A stretch of 64,000 nucleotides of DNA from positions 736,001-800,000 of the forward strand of contig OY970160.1 in NCBI GenBank assembly GCA_963706445.1, read 5' to 3'. Source of the stretch: an uncultured Nitrososphaerales archaeon (GTDB lineage: Archaea > Thermoproteota > Nitrososphaeria > Nitrososphaerales > Gagatemarchaeaceae). The position numbers and the translations under genes are program-made. Numbering within the stretch: the first letter of the stretch is position 1; every line of letters begins with the position of its first letter. Under the pieces are notes generated by a model. That model searched no databases, was not told the origin of the DNA, and was given only the letters and a program-made list of their open reading frames with translations. Shown piece by piece: positions 20,136 through 30,449 of the stretch.

Positions 20136-20597
20136 CTATGACAGCCCGACCTGCTTCATCAGTCCCACAAGGTCGTAAAAGAGCCGCTCCTCGAGTATCT
20201 CTCCTTTCTCATTCCAGTGGGCGATTGTACAGAACTCCACATGAAAGGTCTTGTTCGTTGGAGGGATCAACTTGCCGTCAGCTCCCTTCATTGGACCCTT
20301 CATGGTGCCAGAGAAATCCGCGACCGTACAAGTGTAGTCACCCTGCCCGAAGAAGATCTTGTATGGGTTGTTGGTTAGGTGGTTGTCTGGAAAAGTCTTG
20401 AAGAATTCCACGGCTTCCAGGTCGTGATTGTGGCGTCCCATCGTGGCTGGGGCCCCGCCAGGCCAGTAGACGGCGACGTTTTCGTGGTGACGCTTCCTGA
20501 ATGTCTCCCAAAGGGGGCTCCCGGGTCCAGCATTCCAAGCGTCGTCGAGAGTCTTCATTAGGTCCAGATTGCGTTTGACCACGGGCTCGATCTCCAT
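20136..20597 (-). CDS. SnoaL-like/ester cyclase (NTF2 fold) protein
   Basis: FFKTFPDNH...GTMKGPM...IPPTNKTF...EERLFYDLVGLMKQVG pattern. Confidence 0.88.
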   Translation of the reverse strand: MEIEPVVKRNLDLMKTLDDAWNAGPGSPLWETFRKRHHENVAVYWPGGAPATMGRHNHDLEAVEFFKTFPDNHLTNNPYKIFFGQGDYTCTVADFSGTMKGPMKGADGKLIPPTNKTFHVEFCTIAHWNEKGEILEERLFYDLVGLMKQVGLS

Positions 20598-20734
20598 GGG
20601 TTAGATTGCAGTCCAACCGTTCCTTAAACATTCTGAGAGAAGTTTCTCCTGAAGAGTACGCGGTCGCCGGGAACACGAAGGCTCCAACCCCACAACGGAT
20701 TTATCACCACTACCTTCGAAGACGGTCGCATCAG

Positions 20735-22675
20735 ATGTCAGAGGGTAATAGGAGACTCGCGGCTATCATGTTCACCGACATTGTAGGATACACTGCGCTC
20801 TCTCAAAGGAACGAGAAGCTCGCGCTGCAGCTCCTCGAAATGCACCGCTCGCAGATGCGCCCTGTCTTCGCGAGGCACAAGGGGCGTGAGGTCAAGACCA
20901 TTGGGGACGCGTTCCTTGTCCAGTTCGAAAGCGCACTGGAAGCGGTGGAGTGCGCGGTGGAGATGCAGGAAGTAGTCCACAACCAAGGCGATAACTCCTC
21001 CGAGAAATTGCAGATGAAGGTAGGGATCCACGTTGGAGATGTCGTCCAAAGCAATCGAGATGTCTATGGCGACGCAGTCAACATCGCCTCGAGGATAGAG
21101 CCCATGGCGAAGGGGGGCGAAATCTGCATCTCACAGCAGGTCTATGACCAGGTCAGGAACAAGATTCCTTTCAAACTTGTCAAACTCGAACCGCACGAAC
21201 TGAAGAACGTGGCAGCACCGATAGACGTTTACAAGGTCGAGCTCCCATGGGAGGGACAGGCGATGAGCTTCAGACCCGTTCTGCTCCCGGCCGACAGGAT
21301 TGCCGTCCTTCCGTTCGTGAGCATGAGCATAGACCCTCAAGACGAGTTCTTCGCCGACGGCCTGACGGAGGAGCTGATAGGCAGCCTGGCCCTCATCAAG
21401 GGTCTCAAGGTAATCGCGAGGACTTCCGTCATGAACTACAAGAAGAAGGAGAAGAACGTCTCGGAGATAGGAAAGGAGTTGGGTGTCGGGACGGTCGTGG
21501 AGGGGAGCGTCCGAAAAGCGGCGAACAGGATAAGGGTCGCGGTGCAGGTAATCGACGTGAACACTGAAGAGCATCTCTGGGCGGATAAATACGACAGGGA
21601 CCTGGACGACATCTTCGCCGTTCAAAGTGAGATCGCAGACAGCGTTGCGAAGTCACTGCCCGTCAGCCTCCCAGCGGCCAAAGGTCCCGTCCCGAAGCAG
21701 AAGGAGACCGAGGACATCCAGGCCTACACGCTCTTCCTCCAGGGGCAGGCTCTGGTGTACGAGCCTGACGAGGCACCGCTAAGGCAATCATTGGGATTCT
21801 TCGTACAAGCCATCGAGAGAGACCCCTCATTTTCCAGGGCGTACGCTGGCATGGCAAGGTGCTACACAAATTTGGCCATCAGAGGGTCCATCTCCTGGTC
21901 CGAGGGGATCGAGCGCGGTAGAGCCGCCGCACAGAAAGCCCTCTCCGTCGGCCCCGACCTGGCAGAGGCGCACGCCCTGCTCGCTGATATTTCTAACATG
22001 GCCGACGACCCGATAATGGCGCAGGAGAAGGAGGTGAGGAGGGCGTTGGAGCTGAACCCCAACCTCGCCGACGCCCACCTCGCGCTCGGGGCTGTGGAAT
22101 CGATAAGGGGTAACCTGGGAGGCTTCGTCAGCAGCACCGAGACGGCATACCAACTTGATCCGCTTTCACCCCCGGTGATAAGGAGGCTAGGGGCGGCATA
22201 TTTCTTTGCAGGCCGAGTGCGAGACCTCCTCGAGCTCTTGAAGAGGACCCGCCACCTGGACCCAATCAACTATTACCGGCGGATGGCAGACATCTACTTC
22301 TCTAAGGGGAATCTTGCGGAGGCAGAGGCCATTGTGAACGAGTTGGAGAAGATTGCGCCAAACAGCGAATACGCCCACCTGAACCGCGGATACCTCGCCG
22401 CCCTCAAGGGGGACAGGACGACTGCCATGGAGATGATCGCGAAGCTTGACGAGACCCACGAAGCGGGATGGGCGAGGTCCTCGCTCGGGGGGTTCATCTT
22501 CTATGCCCTTGGGGACGTCGACAAGTTTTTCGAGTACATGTCCCGGGCGGCGGGGGACCACACACTCCGAGCTGAAGAGTTGATGCACTCCCCTGCCTTC
22601 TCCGAGGTCAGGAAGGATCCCCGGCTGAAACAACTTTTCAGCTCCGTCGGACTCACTCTCCCCCCAAGCACGTAA
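20735..22675 (+). CDS. Class III adenylate/guanylate cyclase + TolB-N-like domain + TPR repeats
   Basis: MFTDIVGYT, KTIGDA, GDAVNIASRIE catalytic motifs; IAVLPF...FADGLTEELI; TPRs. Confidence 0.9.
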   Translation: MSEGNRRLAAIMFTDIVGYTALSQRNEKLALQLLEMHRSQMRPVFARHKGREVKTIGDAFLVQFESALEAVECAVEMQEVVHNQGDNSSEKLQMKVGIHVGDVVQSNRDVYGDAVNIASRIEPMAKGGEICISQQVYDQVRNKIPFKLVKLEPHELKNVAAPIDVYKVELPWEGQAMSFRPVLLPADRIAVLPFVSMSIDPQDEFFADGLTEELIGSLALIKGLKVIARTSVMNYKKKEKNVSEIGKELGVGTVVEGSVRKAANRIRVAVQVIDVNTEEHLWADKYDRDLDDIFAVQSEIADSVAKSLPVSLPAAKGPVPKQKETEDIQAYTLFLQGQALVYEPDEAPLRQSLGFFVQAIERDPSFSRAYAGMARCYTNLAIRGSISWSEGIERGRAAAQKALSVGPDLAEAHALLADISNMADDPIMAQEKEVRRALELNPNLADAHLALGAVESIRGNLGGFVSSTETAYQLDPLSPPVIRRLGAAYFFAGRVRDLLELLKRTRHLDPINYYRRMADIYFSKGNLAEAEAIVNELEKIAPNSEYAHLNRGYLAALKGDRTTAMEMIAKLDETHEAGWARSSLGGFIFYALGDVDKFFEYMSRAAGDHTLRAEELMHSPAFSEVRKDPRLKQLFSSVGLTLPPST

Positions 22676-22823
22676 ACGAAGTCAGTTCAGCGAACCGGTA
22701 CCAATCTTGCTTGGTCGGCGCGAGACGATTCTCATATTTGAGAATGATTTCCGTGTGTTAAATAGGGTTCGGAGGCACTTCGTCCTGCCACTTGCTTCAA
22801 GACGAAAGGTCGAGGTTTGAAAT

Positions 22824-24024
22824 ATGAAAGCCAAAGTTTGGAAGCTCCTGGGTTTAATATTCATTGTGATCTTTGCGTTTTCAGCAATAAGCAGTGTTCA
22901 TGCTATTTCAACACTTGCAATATCCTCCACGATACCTAACGTTAGCGGCGCAATGGCTTATGATTCTAGCAATGGCGAAATATACGTAGTAGGCTACTCT
23001 GGCATTTCGGTTGTATCTGATGGTACAAACCAAGTGGTTGCAACGGTAACCATACCCGGGTATGCTGGGTCCCTGGCGGACCTGGCGTATGATTCTGGAC
23101 AACACGAGATATTCATCGCCTCAGGCAGTGGACTTGCTCAGGGGATCCCTCCCGCGGTTTGGATCGTATCTGATAGTACAAACGCCGTGGTAGCAAATGT
23201 AACATCGGGTGGATGGTGGGTTCCTTCGGGTGTGGTTTATGATTCTGCCAAAGGCGAGATATTTCTTACCGATGCAGGCAACGGCCAAAATGTCTTCGGA
23301 GGTGTCTACGTCATATCGGATAGCACCCATACTGTAATCGCATATGTTGGTGTGGGAAATTTCCCTGAAGCGATGGCCTATGATTCTGGCAAGGGCGAAA
23401 TCTTCGTCGCTAACACTGGCTCCAGCAGCATCTCAGTCATATCTGATAGCAACAACACCGTGGTAGCAATCATCAAGGGGGTCACCGCCTACGGCTTGGT
23501 TTATGATTCCAGTAAAGGAGAGGTATTCGCAACCGGAGCTGGCACGGTCTCGGTCATTTCGGACAACACAAACGCAGGTGGTTGCAAGTGTGACCGGGTT
23601 ATCGGAAGTTCAGGGCATAGCGTATGATTCTACCAAAGGAGAAATTTTTGCGGGTAACTCGGTAATATCGGATAGCAACAATGCAGTGGTTGCACAAGTT
23701 CCCAATGTACTAGCGTCGGTAGTGTATGATTCTGGCAAAGGCGAAATTATCGGATCAACGCCAGCCGCGCTCGATATCTTTTCAGATTCCTCCAGCACGT
23801 CCACGTCAACGACCACGACTAGTTCCGCGACAGCCACCACGCCGACCAGCATCACCAGCCAAATCTCGACCACGACTCAGAGCTCCGCATCGAGCACAAC
23901 AGGGGGAGGGATCCCCGAGTTCCCGGCCCAGCTCGGCTTCACTTTCCTGGCCACAGTCGCCATCGTGATGGCCTACGTATTCGCCAGGCGCGGTCTTCGA
24001 ATGGGCAAGCAAGACCCGATATAA
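22824..24024 (+). pseudogene. YVTN/YncE beta-propeller surface protein with PEF-CTERM-like tail, interrupted by a +1 frameshift
   Basis: AYDSxKGEIFV repeats. Removing the extra G at 23577 restores SDNTNAVVASVTG. Ends in S/T linker + IPEFP + TM + basic residues. Confidence 0.75.
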
Positions 24025-24039
24025 TCCACAATTCCTTGT

Positions 24040-24083
24040 GTTGGGGCGCCCACCTAGAATGCCAAGTCCCGGCCGGGGCGCCA
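24040..24083 (+). repeat. att-like dispersed repeat copy C
   Basis: GTTGGGGCGCCCACCTAGAATGCCAAGTCCCGGCCGGGGCGCCA; right half reads as T-loop/T-stem/acceptor stem/G/CCA. Confidence 0.85.
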
Positions 24084-24197
24084 AACTGTAGTTTGGGTCT
24101 GGATTTGCACACTAAACTGGCGCAGAAAGTGGATGCAGGACCTTCATCGTCACGAGAGCACTTAACAGCGAACAATGCTGAACGTCCTTCGGCGCAG

Positions 24198-25277
24198 ATG
24201 ACAGAATCCTCCGCTCGTTTGGGAGCCTCGAACCTTGCCGTCTCTCGTACAGAGAAGGCCAGGATCGCCTCAGTCTACTCCGCGATAGCCGCCGTCACCG
24301 TACTGTCGATGACTGCTGCCGCCGTCCTTGGTCGTATATCACCGGTTCTGAACGGCTTGGGAATCGTTGCCTACGTCCTTGGGCTGCGCCACGGCGTCGA
24401 CGCCGATCATATTGCTGCCATTGACAACACCACCAGGAAGCTGATGCAGCAGGGAAAGCCGAGGTTCACTGTAGGAAACTGGTTTTCGCTCGGCCATTCA
24501 ACAATAGTAGTCGGTCTGATTGCCGTCGTAGTCTTCGTCACCAGAAGTGTCATCGGACAAATCCCAGCGCTCCAGAGCGTAGGAGATATCGTCGGCACCC
24601 TGGTCTCAGGTGCCTTCTTGTTCATCATAGGGTTCATCAACCTACTGATCGTCTTCGGCGTCTACCGTCTGTTCAAGCAGGCGAAGTCGGGAGCGATGAA
24701 GGAAGAGCAGCTCGAAGAGTACATGCAGAAACGCGGTTTCCTCAATCGGTTGTTCCGACCGCTGTTCAGGTTCGTGAACGACGCATGGCAGATCTATCCG
24801 ATAGGCGTCCTCTTCGGGCTGGGCTTCGACACTGCGACAGAGGTCGCCCTGATCGCCATAAGCGTGGGCGTGGGGGCCTCCTCAACCATCCCTCTCTGGC
24901 AGATACTCGTGTTGCCGTTGCTTTTCACCTGTGGTATGGTCCTGACTGACACTACTGACGGTGTCACCATGAGGTTTGCCTACGGCTGGGCGTTCCTGAC
25001 CCCCCTGAAGAAAATCTACTACAATCTGGCCGTGACAGTGATGTCTGTGCTCGTGGCGTTCGTCATCGGCGGGATAGAGCTGGCCCAGGTGCTTGGCACC
25101 GAGCTCAAGCTGAGCTCTGGCTTCTGGATCTGGCTGGAGAACCTCGACTTCGAGACGATGGGGTTCGCGATCGTCGTCATCTTTGTGATAACATGGGCCT
25201 CTGCATACGGTGTCTGGAGATACAAGAAGTATGACCAGAATCCCTCAGGGTTCATTCGTCCTATTGTAGGGTCGTAA
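24198..25277 (+). CDS. NiCoT (HoxN/HupN/NixA) nickel/cobalt permease, copy 1
   Basis: RHGVDADHIAAID, FSLGHST and LGFDTATE signatures. Confidence 0.93.
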   Translation: MTESSARLGASNLAVSRTEKARIASVYSAIAAVTVLSMTAAAVLGRISPVLNGLGIVAYVLGLRHGVDADHIAAIDNTTRKLMQQGKPRFTVGNWFSLGHSTIVVGLIAVVVFVTRSVIGQIPALQSVGDIVGTLVSGAFLFIIGFINLLIVFGVYRLFKQAKSGAMKEEQLEEYMQKRGFLNRLFRPLFRFVNDAWQIYPIGVLFGLGFDTATEVALIAISVGVGASSTIPLWQILVLPLLFTCGMVLTDTTDGVTMRFAYGWAFLTPLKKIYYNLAVTVMSVLVAFVIGGIELAQVLGTELKLSSGFWIWLENLDFETMGFAIVVIFVITWASAYGVWRYKKYDQNPSGFIRPIVGS

Positions 25278-25332
25278 AGGGCCCCGCAGTCGACCTGGGT
25301 TCTGCCGAAACTACGGCAGCCGGATCTAACGC

Positions 25333-26910
25333 TCAGGAACGTGCAATCTCTACCAGGTCGAGGGGTTGTTTTCCCCTTGAAGCGGGGAGCCCGGTAATCC
25401 CGCCAACCAAGCTCTCAGCGGCCACCCCCCTCCTCTCCAGCACCTTGGCGAGCATCAATGAGGTGTTCCCGGCCATGCATACGACGAGAATGGGCTTGTC
25501 ATCCTTGGGGAGAAGATTCTCGAACTCCGCCGACGGATTCCTTCCGTTTAGGACCGCCTGCACGTCTTTAACATCGGCTACCTTGACTTCCGACTCGTCG
25601 CAGCCGAGGGAGGACGCTATGGCCCTTATTCCATCCGCTTTCGGGACGAACATATTATGTGCCCACACCACCCCTCCGTAGTCTCCGATGGCTGACGCGG
25701 CCTCATCGAGCCTAACTTGGTCTCTCTTCCCCCTCCGTGCAATGGCCTTGACCTCTGGGGTGTACTTCGCGGCCCCGTCAGCCACCATGACCACAAACTC
25801 CTTTCCGACTCCATAGTTGACTAACTGCATGCAGGCATAGAGGGCTAGGGCACCGCTTTCTCCGACGTCATAGCCCCTTCTGTTGAAGAACTCGAAGAGC
25901 CTGGTCGCCTCTTCGAAGTCCACTTCATGCTCCCCCAGGTACGACTCGGGGTCATAGAACTTCAGCCCCATGACCTTGTCCTTCGTCCTGATGCCAGCCA
26001 CGTCCTGGCCGGAAAGTGGGAAGACGACCCTAACTCCCTTCCTATGATGCTCCGAGGCGACATACTTGCTGACACCGGTCGCTGTCCCACCCGTCCCAAA
26101 TGCGCATACGAAATCCGCTCTCCCGAGGGAAGTCCCCTCGGCTATAAGCTGCTGATCGACTTCGGGGCCAGTTACGGTTCTGTGGACCTCGACGTTCAAC
26201 TCGTTGTCATATTGCTCAGTGCAGAAGCCGCCGTAGGCTTCAGCCAGCAGCTTGGCGAGCCCGATGGCATCCTGCCGGGCCAGCAGCTCCTCGGCCTTCC
26301 CGATTATCCCATCAAAGCGCTTTGGATCGAATCCAAGCTCTGAGAGCTGCTGTCTTAAGCTGGCGGCCACCCCCTTTGCGATGAGGAGATCCCCGGAACC
26401 CTTCAGCCCGGGGGCCGGGCAGATGTCGATGTCTAGGTTGACGAGCCTGACCCCTTCCCTCCGAAGCTGGTCCAGGACCCCCTGCTGAAGCCTCCTAGAA
26501 ACAAGGGCGACAACATCGATTCCCAATCCGCCTAGCTTCCCAAGAGCGAGCCCAAAGTTACCGGACGTCGCCTCGAAGATGGTCCGGCCTTTTGCCAGTC
26601 TGCCTGAAGCGATGGCTTCACCCACGATGCTGACCGCGGGCCTCACCTTCACCGAGCCACCGGCTATCTTCGAATCGAATTTCGCGAAAATACCGACTCC
26701 GTCTCCTTTCAGATTCAGCCCATACTCGGTCCGGGCGCATTCCAGAAGGTCGCTGGTCAGGTTGGTCAGCGGTGTGGGGTTCACTACCCTCTCCCCCTCG
26801 AGGTGGGGGACAAGGGCCTTCATACTCGCCTCGAACTTCTGCAGCAGTTCGTTGTCTCTGGAAGTGCTCTGCAATTCGGAATGACTGGTTTCGGCAGGAT
26901 TATATAACAT
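25333..26910 (-). CDS. PLP-dependent cysteine synthase-like enzyme fused to a C-terminal rhodanese-like domain
   Basis: GSVKVR (PLP Lys), EATSGNFG, GTGGT, GESG; C-terminal VVCMAGNTS...SLVGGI. Confidence 0.8.
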   Translation of the reverse strand: MLYNPAETSHSELQSTSRDNELLQKFEASMKALVPHLEGERVVNPTPLTNLTSDLLECARTEYGLNLKGDGVGIFAKFDSKIAGGSVKVRPAVSIVGEAIASGRLAKGRTIFEATSGNFGLALGKLGGLGIDVVALVSRRLQQGVLDQLRREGVRLVNLDIDICPAPGLKGSGDLLIAKGVAASLRQQLSELGFDPKRFDGIIGKAEELLARQDAIGLAKLLAEAYGGFCTEQYDNELNVEVHRTVTGPEVDQQLIAEGTSLGRADFVCAFGTGGTATGVSKYVASEHHRKGVRVVFPLSGQDVAGIRTKDKVMGLKFYDPESYLGEHEVDFEEATRLFEFFNRRGYDVGESGALALYACMQLVNYGVGKEFVVMVADGAAKYTPEVKAIARRGKRDQVRLDEAASAIGDYGGVVWAHNMFVPKADGIRAIASSLGCDESEVKVADVKDVQAVLNGRNPSAEFENLLPKDDKPILVVCMAGNTSLMLAKVLERRGVAAESLVGGITGLPASRGKQPLDLVEIARS

Positions 26911-26930
26911 ATGTTATCAATTGCGCCACA

Positions 26931-27269
26931 ATGGCTGAGAAGTACATCGCACCCGACGTGCCCGACAGCGATGTAACTCCAGCATTCGTCAGAGACGAAC
27001 TGCTGAAGTGCTTCGAGAGCGCCAACGGGGAATTTGCCCGGATCCTCCGTCAGCCTGTGACGGACGAACAACTGAAGCAACAGGTGAAGACATTCGTGGA
27101 AGGGGTGTTCTCCCAGTGCGGTGTGAGCTACGTTGCGCCAACGAAGGAAGGAATCGTGGCTGCGATTTCAGAGTGCAAGCGAAACGCCGAACAGATGATG
27201 GGATCCCAGGGCGCTGATATAATCGAACACCACTACGAAGAAATGATGAAACTGGTGAACAGGCTCTAA
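26931..27269 (+). CDS. Helical hypothetical protein (112 aa)
   Basis: TTATATAA box ~30 nt upstream of ATG 26931; protein-like composition. Confidence 0.7.
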   Translation: MAEKYIAPDVPDSDVTPAFVRDELLKCFESANGEFARILRQPVTDEQLKQQVKTFVEGVFSQCGVSYVAPTKEGIVAAISECKRNAEQMMGSQGADIIEHHYEEMMKLVNRL

Positions 27270-27486
27270 ACCTGCCTGGCTGGTTGTCGACGCGTCGAAA
27301 GTCGACTGTCAAACACAGGGTTCCTGGGGTTCACATTGACGTAGTCGGAGGCCGCTTGTCGAAGGTTAGGCCTTTCCCTTAGATTTAATCCATCCTTGGT
27401 ATAAGCCACGTACCATTGGAATTGCAGGCTAAACTGGGCGGGCCGCACCGGGCCCGAACCTGTGTTGGATTTGCACGGTAAACCAC

Positions 27487-27508
27487 TCGAATCCGGGCGG
27501 CCCCACCA
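27487..27508 (+). other. Isolated tRNA 3' fragment (tRNA-Pro-like), probable att scar
   Basis: TCGAATCCGGGCGGCCCCACCA = T-loop, T-stem, acceptor stem, discriminator, CCA. No 5' half upstream. Confidence 0.7.
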
Positions 27509-27683
27509 ACCTTCACCGTTTGAATCCACATCCTGCTCAATAGCGCCGTTATGGTCTTCCGTCTTGGATAAGGGCGTCCTCCAAATGGGGTACGTTGGAT
27601 ACGCAAGTCTCCAGGCGAAAGGCTAATTGAGCCCTCTTGCCTCCCCCAAACCCAGACAACGGGTTGACTGGTAGGCAGGAACA

Positions 27684-28256
27684 ATGGAGGTGAGCGGTGC
27701 CAATCCCACAGTTGCGGACGCGACGCCCGCAAAGGGAAACGTGGCCTGGAGCGGGAGACCCTCCATCGGGGCATACACGGCGCTGTACGGCGTGTTGGCG
27801 CTGGTGGCGATCGTCATCCTAGTAGTCCTCGAGGTTTGGGCCGGCGACGGTGTAAAATCCCTCGGCAACCTCTTGTTCGGTTCGGTAAACCTGGGCTCCT
27901 TTACGATTCCTGACGCCGTGGAGGTGGCAACGGTAGTCATCGTGCTCCTCCTCTACCTCGCCAAGGTGATCGGGCTCGTCATCCTCAGAGCTCGCAACAG
28001 TTACGAGCTCCGTTCCGACGGGCTTTACGTGAACCAAGGGATCGCCAACCTCCAGAACACCTTCCTGTCCGCGATGGCCTTCTCGGACGCGAGGCTAATC
28101 AGGACCCTGGGGATGAGGATCGTGGGCCTGAGCCTGATAATCGTCGACGCAAACGACGGCCGGCACTTCGAGCTGAAAATGCTAAAGGACGGCCTGAACG
28201 TCCAGGCTCTCATCCGGAGCAACCTCTCGCACCCCACGGTCAGGATTGAGAAGTAG
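27684..28256 (+). CDS. Membrane protein with a bacterial PH-like domain
   Basis: Two TM helices followed by YEL...LYVNQGI pattern. Confidence 0.6.
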   Translation: MEVSGANPTVADATPAKGNVAWSGRPSIGAYTALYGVLALVAIVILVVLEVWAGDGVKSLGNLLFGSVNLGSFTIPDAVEVATVVIVLLLYLAKVIGLVILRARNSYELRSDGLYVNQGIANLQNTFLSAMAFSDARLIRTLGMRIVGLSLIIVDANDGRHFELKMLKDGLNVQALIRSNLSHPTVRIEK

Positions 28257-28415
28257 CGCTAGGGCGCGCCGGAGATTACACAATCAGAGACTAGGCAGAT
28301 CCCTTCATGAGCGGAGGCGCGATTCCAGACCCCCCGGAACAAATCTCAAGTTTTGACCCGGAAGAGCCAGCTGACGATACGGATATCAGGACTCGAAATT
28401 CACCGAGTCCTGCCC

Positions 28416-29603
28416 ATGATTCTGGAGCTCCCCAGGAAGACGCAGCGTTTAGGTGGCGTCAAGATCCACGAAGTCCAAAGGGTCTACGAACTCGATTCCG
28501 GTGCCACCAAGTTCCCAACGAAGGTCAGGGAGGCGGTCGCGACCATTTCATCGGACGAAATCGATGTTATCAACCAGAGGATGGCAGTGGTCGTCCCCAT
28601 CAAGGATGAAAGAACCAATATTCTTGAGGGCGTGCTCAGCGGAATTCCCCATGACTGTCAGGTAATCGTCGTCTCAAACAGCAGCAGGTCGCCGGTAGAC
28701 AGGTTCCGGATGGAGTTGGAGACCATAAAGGAATTCAATCATTTCGTGAACGACAGGATCACGCTGGTGCACCAGAAGGATCCCGGAATAGCCGAGGCCT
28801 TCAAGACAACGGGCTACGAGTCTGTCCTCGAAAACGGGCTCGTTAGGGACGGCAAAGCCGAGGGTATGTTCGTTGCAATGGCGCTCGCAAAGATGATGGG
28901 CAAGGAGTATCTCGGTTTCGTAGACGCTGACAACTACATTCCCGGGGCCGTTCACGAATACGTCGAGATCTTCGCCGCGGGCTTCATACTGTCAGATAGC
29001 CCCTACTCGTTGGTCAGGGTATCCTGGGTCAACAAGCCCAAGATTGAGGAGGACCAGATGATCTTTCCGAAGTGGGGGAGGGTCTCGGAAGTGACGAACC
29101 AGTGCCTCAACAAGCTGATCGAGAGCAACACAGGCTTCGGGACGGAAATCATCAGGACCGTCAACGCGGGGGAACACGCGATCAGCATCTCGCTTGCCGA
29201 CCTGCTCCCCCTCCAATCGGGTTTCGCAGTCGAGACCTACGAGCTTGTCAACATCCTGGAGCAGTTTGGTGGGCTGGTTCCTTCACCGCATCCTGACGTG
29301 ATGTCTAAAGGGGTCGACGTGTATCAAATTGAGACGCGCAACCCTCACCTGCACGCTGAGAAGGGAGATTCGCACATCGAAGACATGCTCACTTCGTCCC
29401 TCAAGGCAATCTACGGCTCCCCGATATGCACAGAGAAGTCGAAGGCGATGATATCGGAAGCGCTCAACAACAGGGGGATAGCGCCAGAAAGCATGGGGCC
29501 GCCCTACCCACCCAAAATCAAGCCACTAGGCGGCCTAGATATCAAGCGGTTCGAGGCGGTGCTGAGGACTACCTCCCAAACACTCACTGAATTCGGAAGG
29601 TGA
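28416..29603 (+). CDS. mpgS: Mannosyl-3-phosphoglycerate synthase (GT55)
   Basis: VVVPIKDE, GVLSGIPHDC, VRDGKAEGM, GFVDADNYIPGAVHEY, ETRNPHLHAEKG. Confidence 0.93.
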   Translation: MILELPRKTQRLGGVKIHEVQRVYELDSGATKFPTKVREAVATISSDEIDVINQRMAVVVPIKDERTNILEGVLSGIPHDCQVIVVSNSSRSPVDRFRMELETIKEFNHFVNDRITLVHQKDPGIAEAFKTTGYESVLENGLVRDGKAEGMFVAMALAKMMGKEYLGFVDADNYIPGAVHEYVEIFAAGFILSDSPYSLVRVSWVNKPKIEEDQMIFPKWGRVSEVTNQCLNKLIESNTGFGTEIIRTVNAGEHAISISLADLLPLQSGFAVETYELVNILEQFGGLVPSPHPDVMSKGVDVYQIETRNPHLHAEKGDSHIEDMLTSSLKAIYGSPICTEKSKAMISEALNNRGIAPESMGPPYPPKIKPLGGLDIKRFEAVLRTTSQTLTEFGR

Positions 29604-30337
29604 TTCGACTGCCGGAAGGGTTCTCACCCAAGCTGGCGGCGATCGACCTCGACGGCACGCTCCTCCGGGGTCGGGTAATTGTTGAGGTCGCGCGGGAGTT
29701 CCATCTGGCCGACGAGGTTGCACGAGCCATGAATTCCAGACTCGCCCCCTATCGGAGGTCACAGAGAATCGCCTGGCTCCTGCGTGATGTTTCAACCTCC
29801 GACATAACCAGGATTGTCGAAGGGATGCCCCTATCGGACGGCGCGGCCGCGTCGGTCCAATGGCTGAAGGACTCGGGCATCAAGGTCGGAATAATAAGCG
29901 ATGGGTACACCCTCGCGACCAAGTTGGTGGCGCGAAAACTGAGGCTGGACTATGACGTCGCCAACGTGCTTCATCAGAGGAACGGCATCTTGACAGGCGC
30001 GATAACTATGCCGATGGGTTGGGAAAGGATTGGATGCAAGTGCCAGCAGTCCGTCTGCAAGCGGTACGCTCTGACTCGCTTGGCAAAGAGGTTCGGAGCC
30101 GACCTTTCAGAGACAGTCGCGATAGGGGATTCTGCCGCAGATCTATGCATGCTGACGTCCGCAGGGCTTGGAATCTGGTATTCACGCGACAAGATGCCCG
30201 CAGAGATCCTGGTTGGAAAGGGAGTTGTTCGCATTAAGAACTTGCGAAGGCTAAGCTCCGTCATGAATGCGACCAGGGCGGCGAGGGCTGCTACTCCGTT
30301 CCGGAGCGGGCCGATGCCCGGCACAACACACCCTTAA
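29600..30337 (+). CDS. HAD-IB (SerB-like) phosphatase
   Basis: DLDGTL, IISDG, K, GDSAAD motifs; 4-bp overlap with mpgS. Confidence 0.85.
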   Translation: MIRLPEGFSPKLAAIDLDGTLLRGRVIVEVAREFHLADEVARAMNSRLAPYRRSQRIAWLLRDVSTSDITRIVEGMPLSDGAAASVQWLKDSGIKVGIISDGYTLATKLVARKLRLDYDVANVLHQRNGILTGAITMPMGWERIGCKCQQSVCKRYALTRLAKRFGADLSETVAIGDSAADLCMLTSAGLGIWYSRDKMPAEILVGKGVVRIKNLRRLSSVMNATRAARAATPFRSGPMPGTTHP

Positions 30338-30449
30338 CCCGTGCGCTGTTTGAAGATTCTCAAGTCCTATCAAGCGCCTTGGTTCAGAAGTCCGATTCAG
30401 AACTCTGCGTTCAATTTATTTAGGCCTCCAATGCCCGGGTTGCCAACTC

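Noticed and set aside
27430-27510. Complete tRNA gene
   Set aside because: No matching 5' acceptor strand, D-arm or anticodon arm upstream; only the 3' ~22 nt are present.
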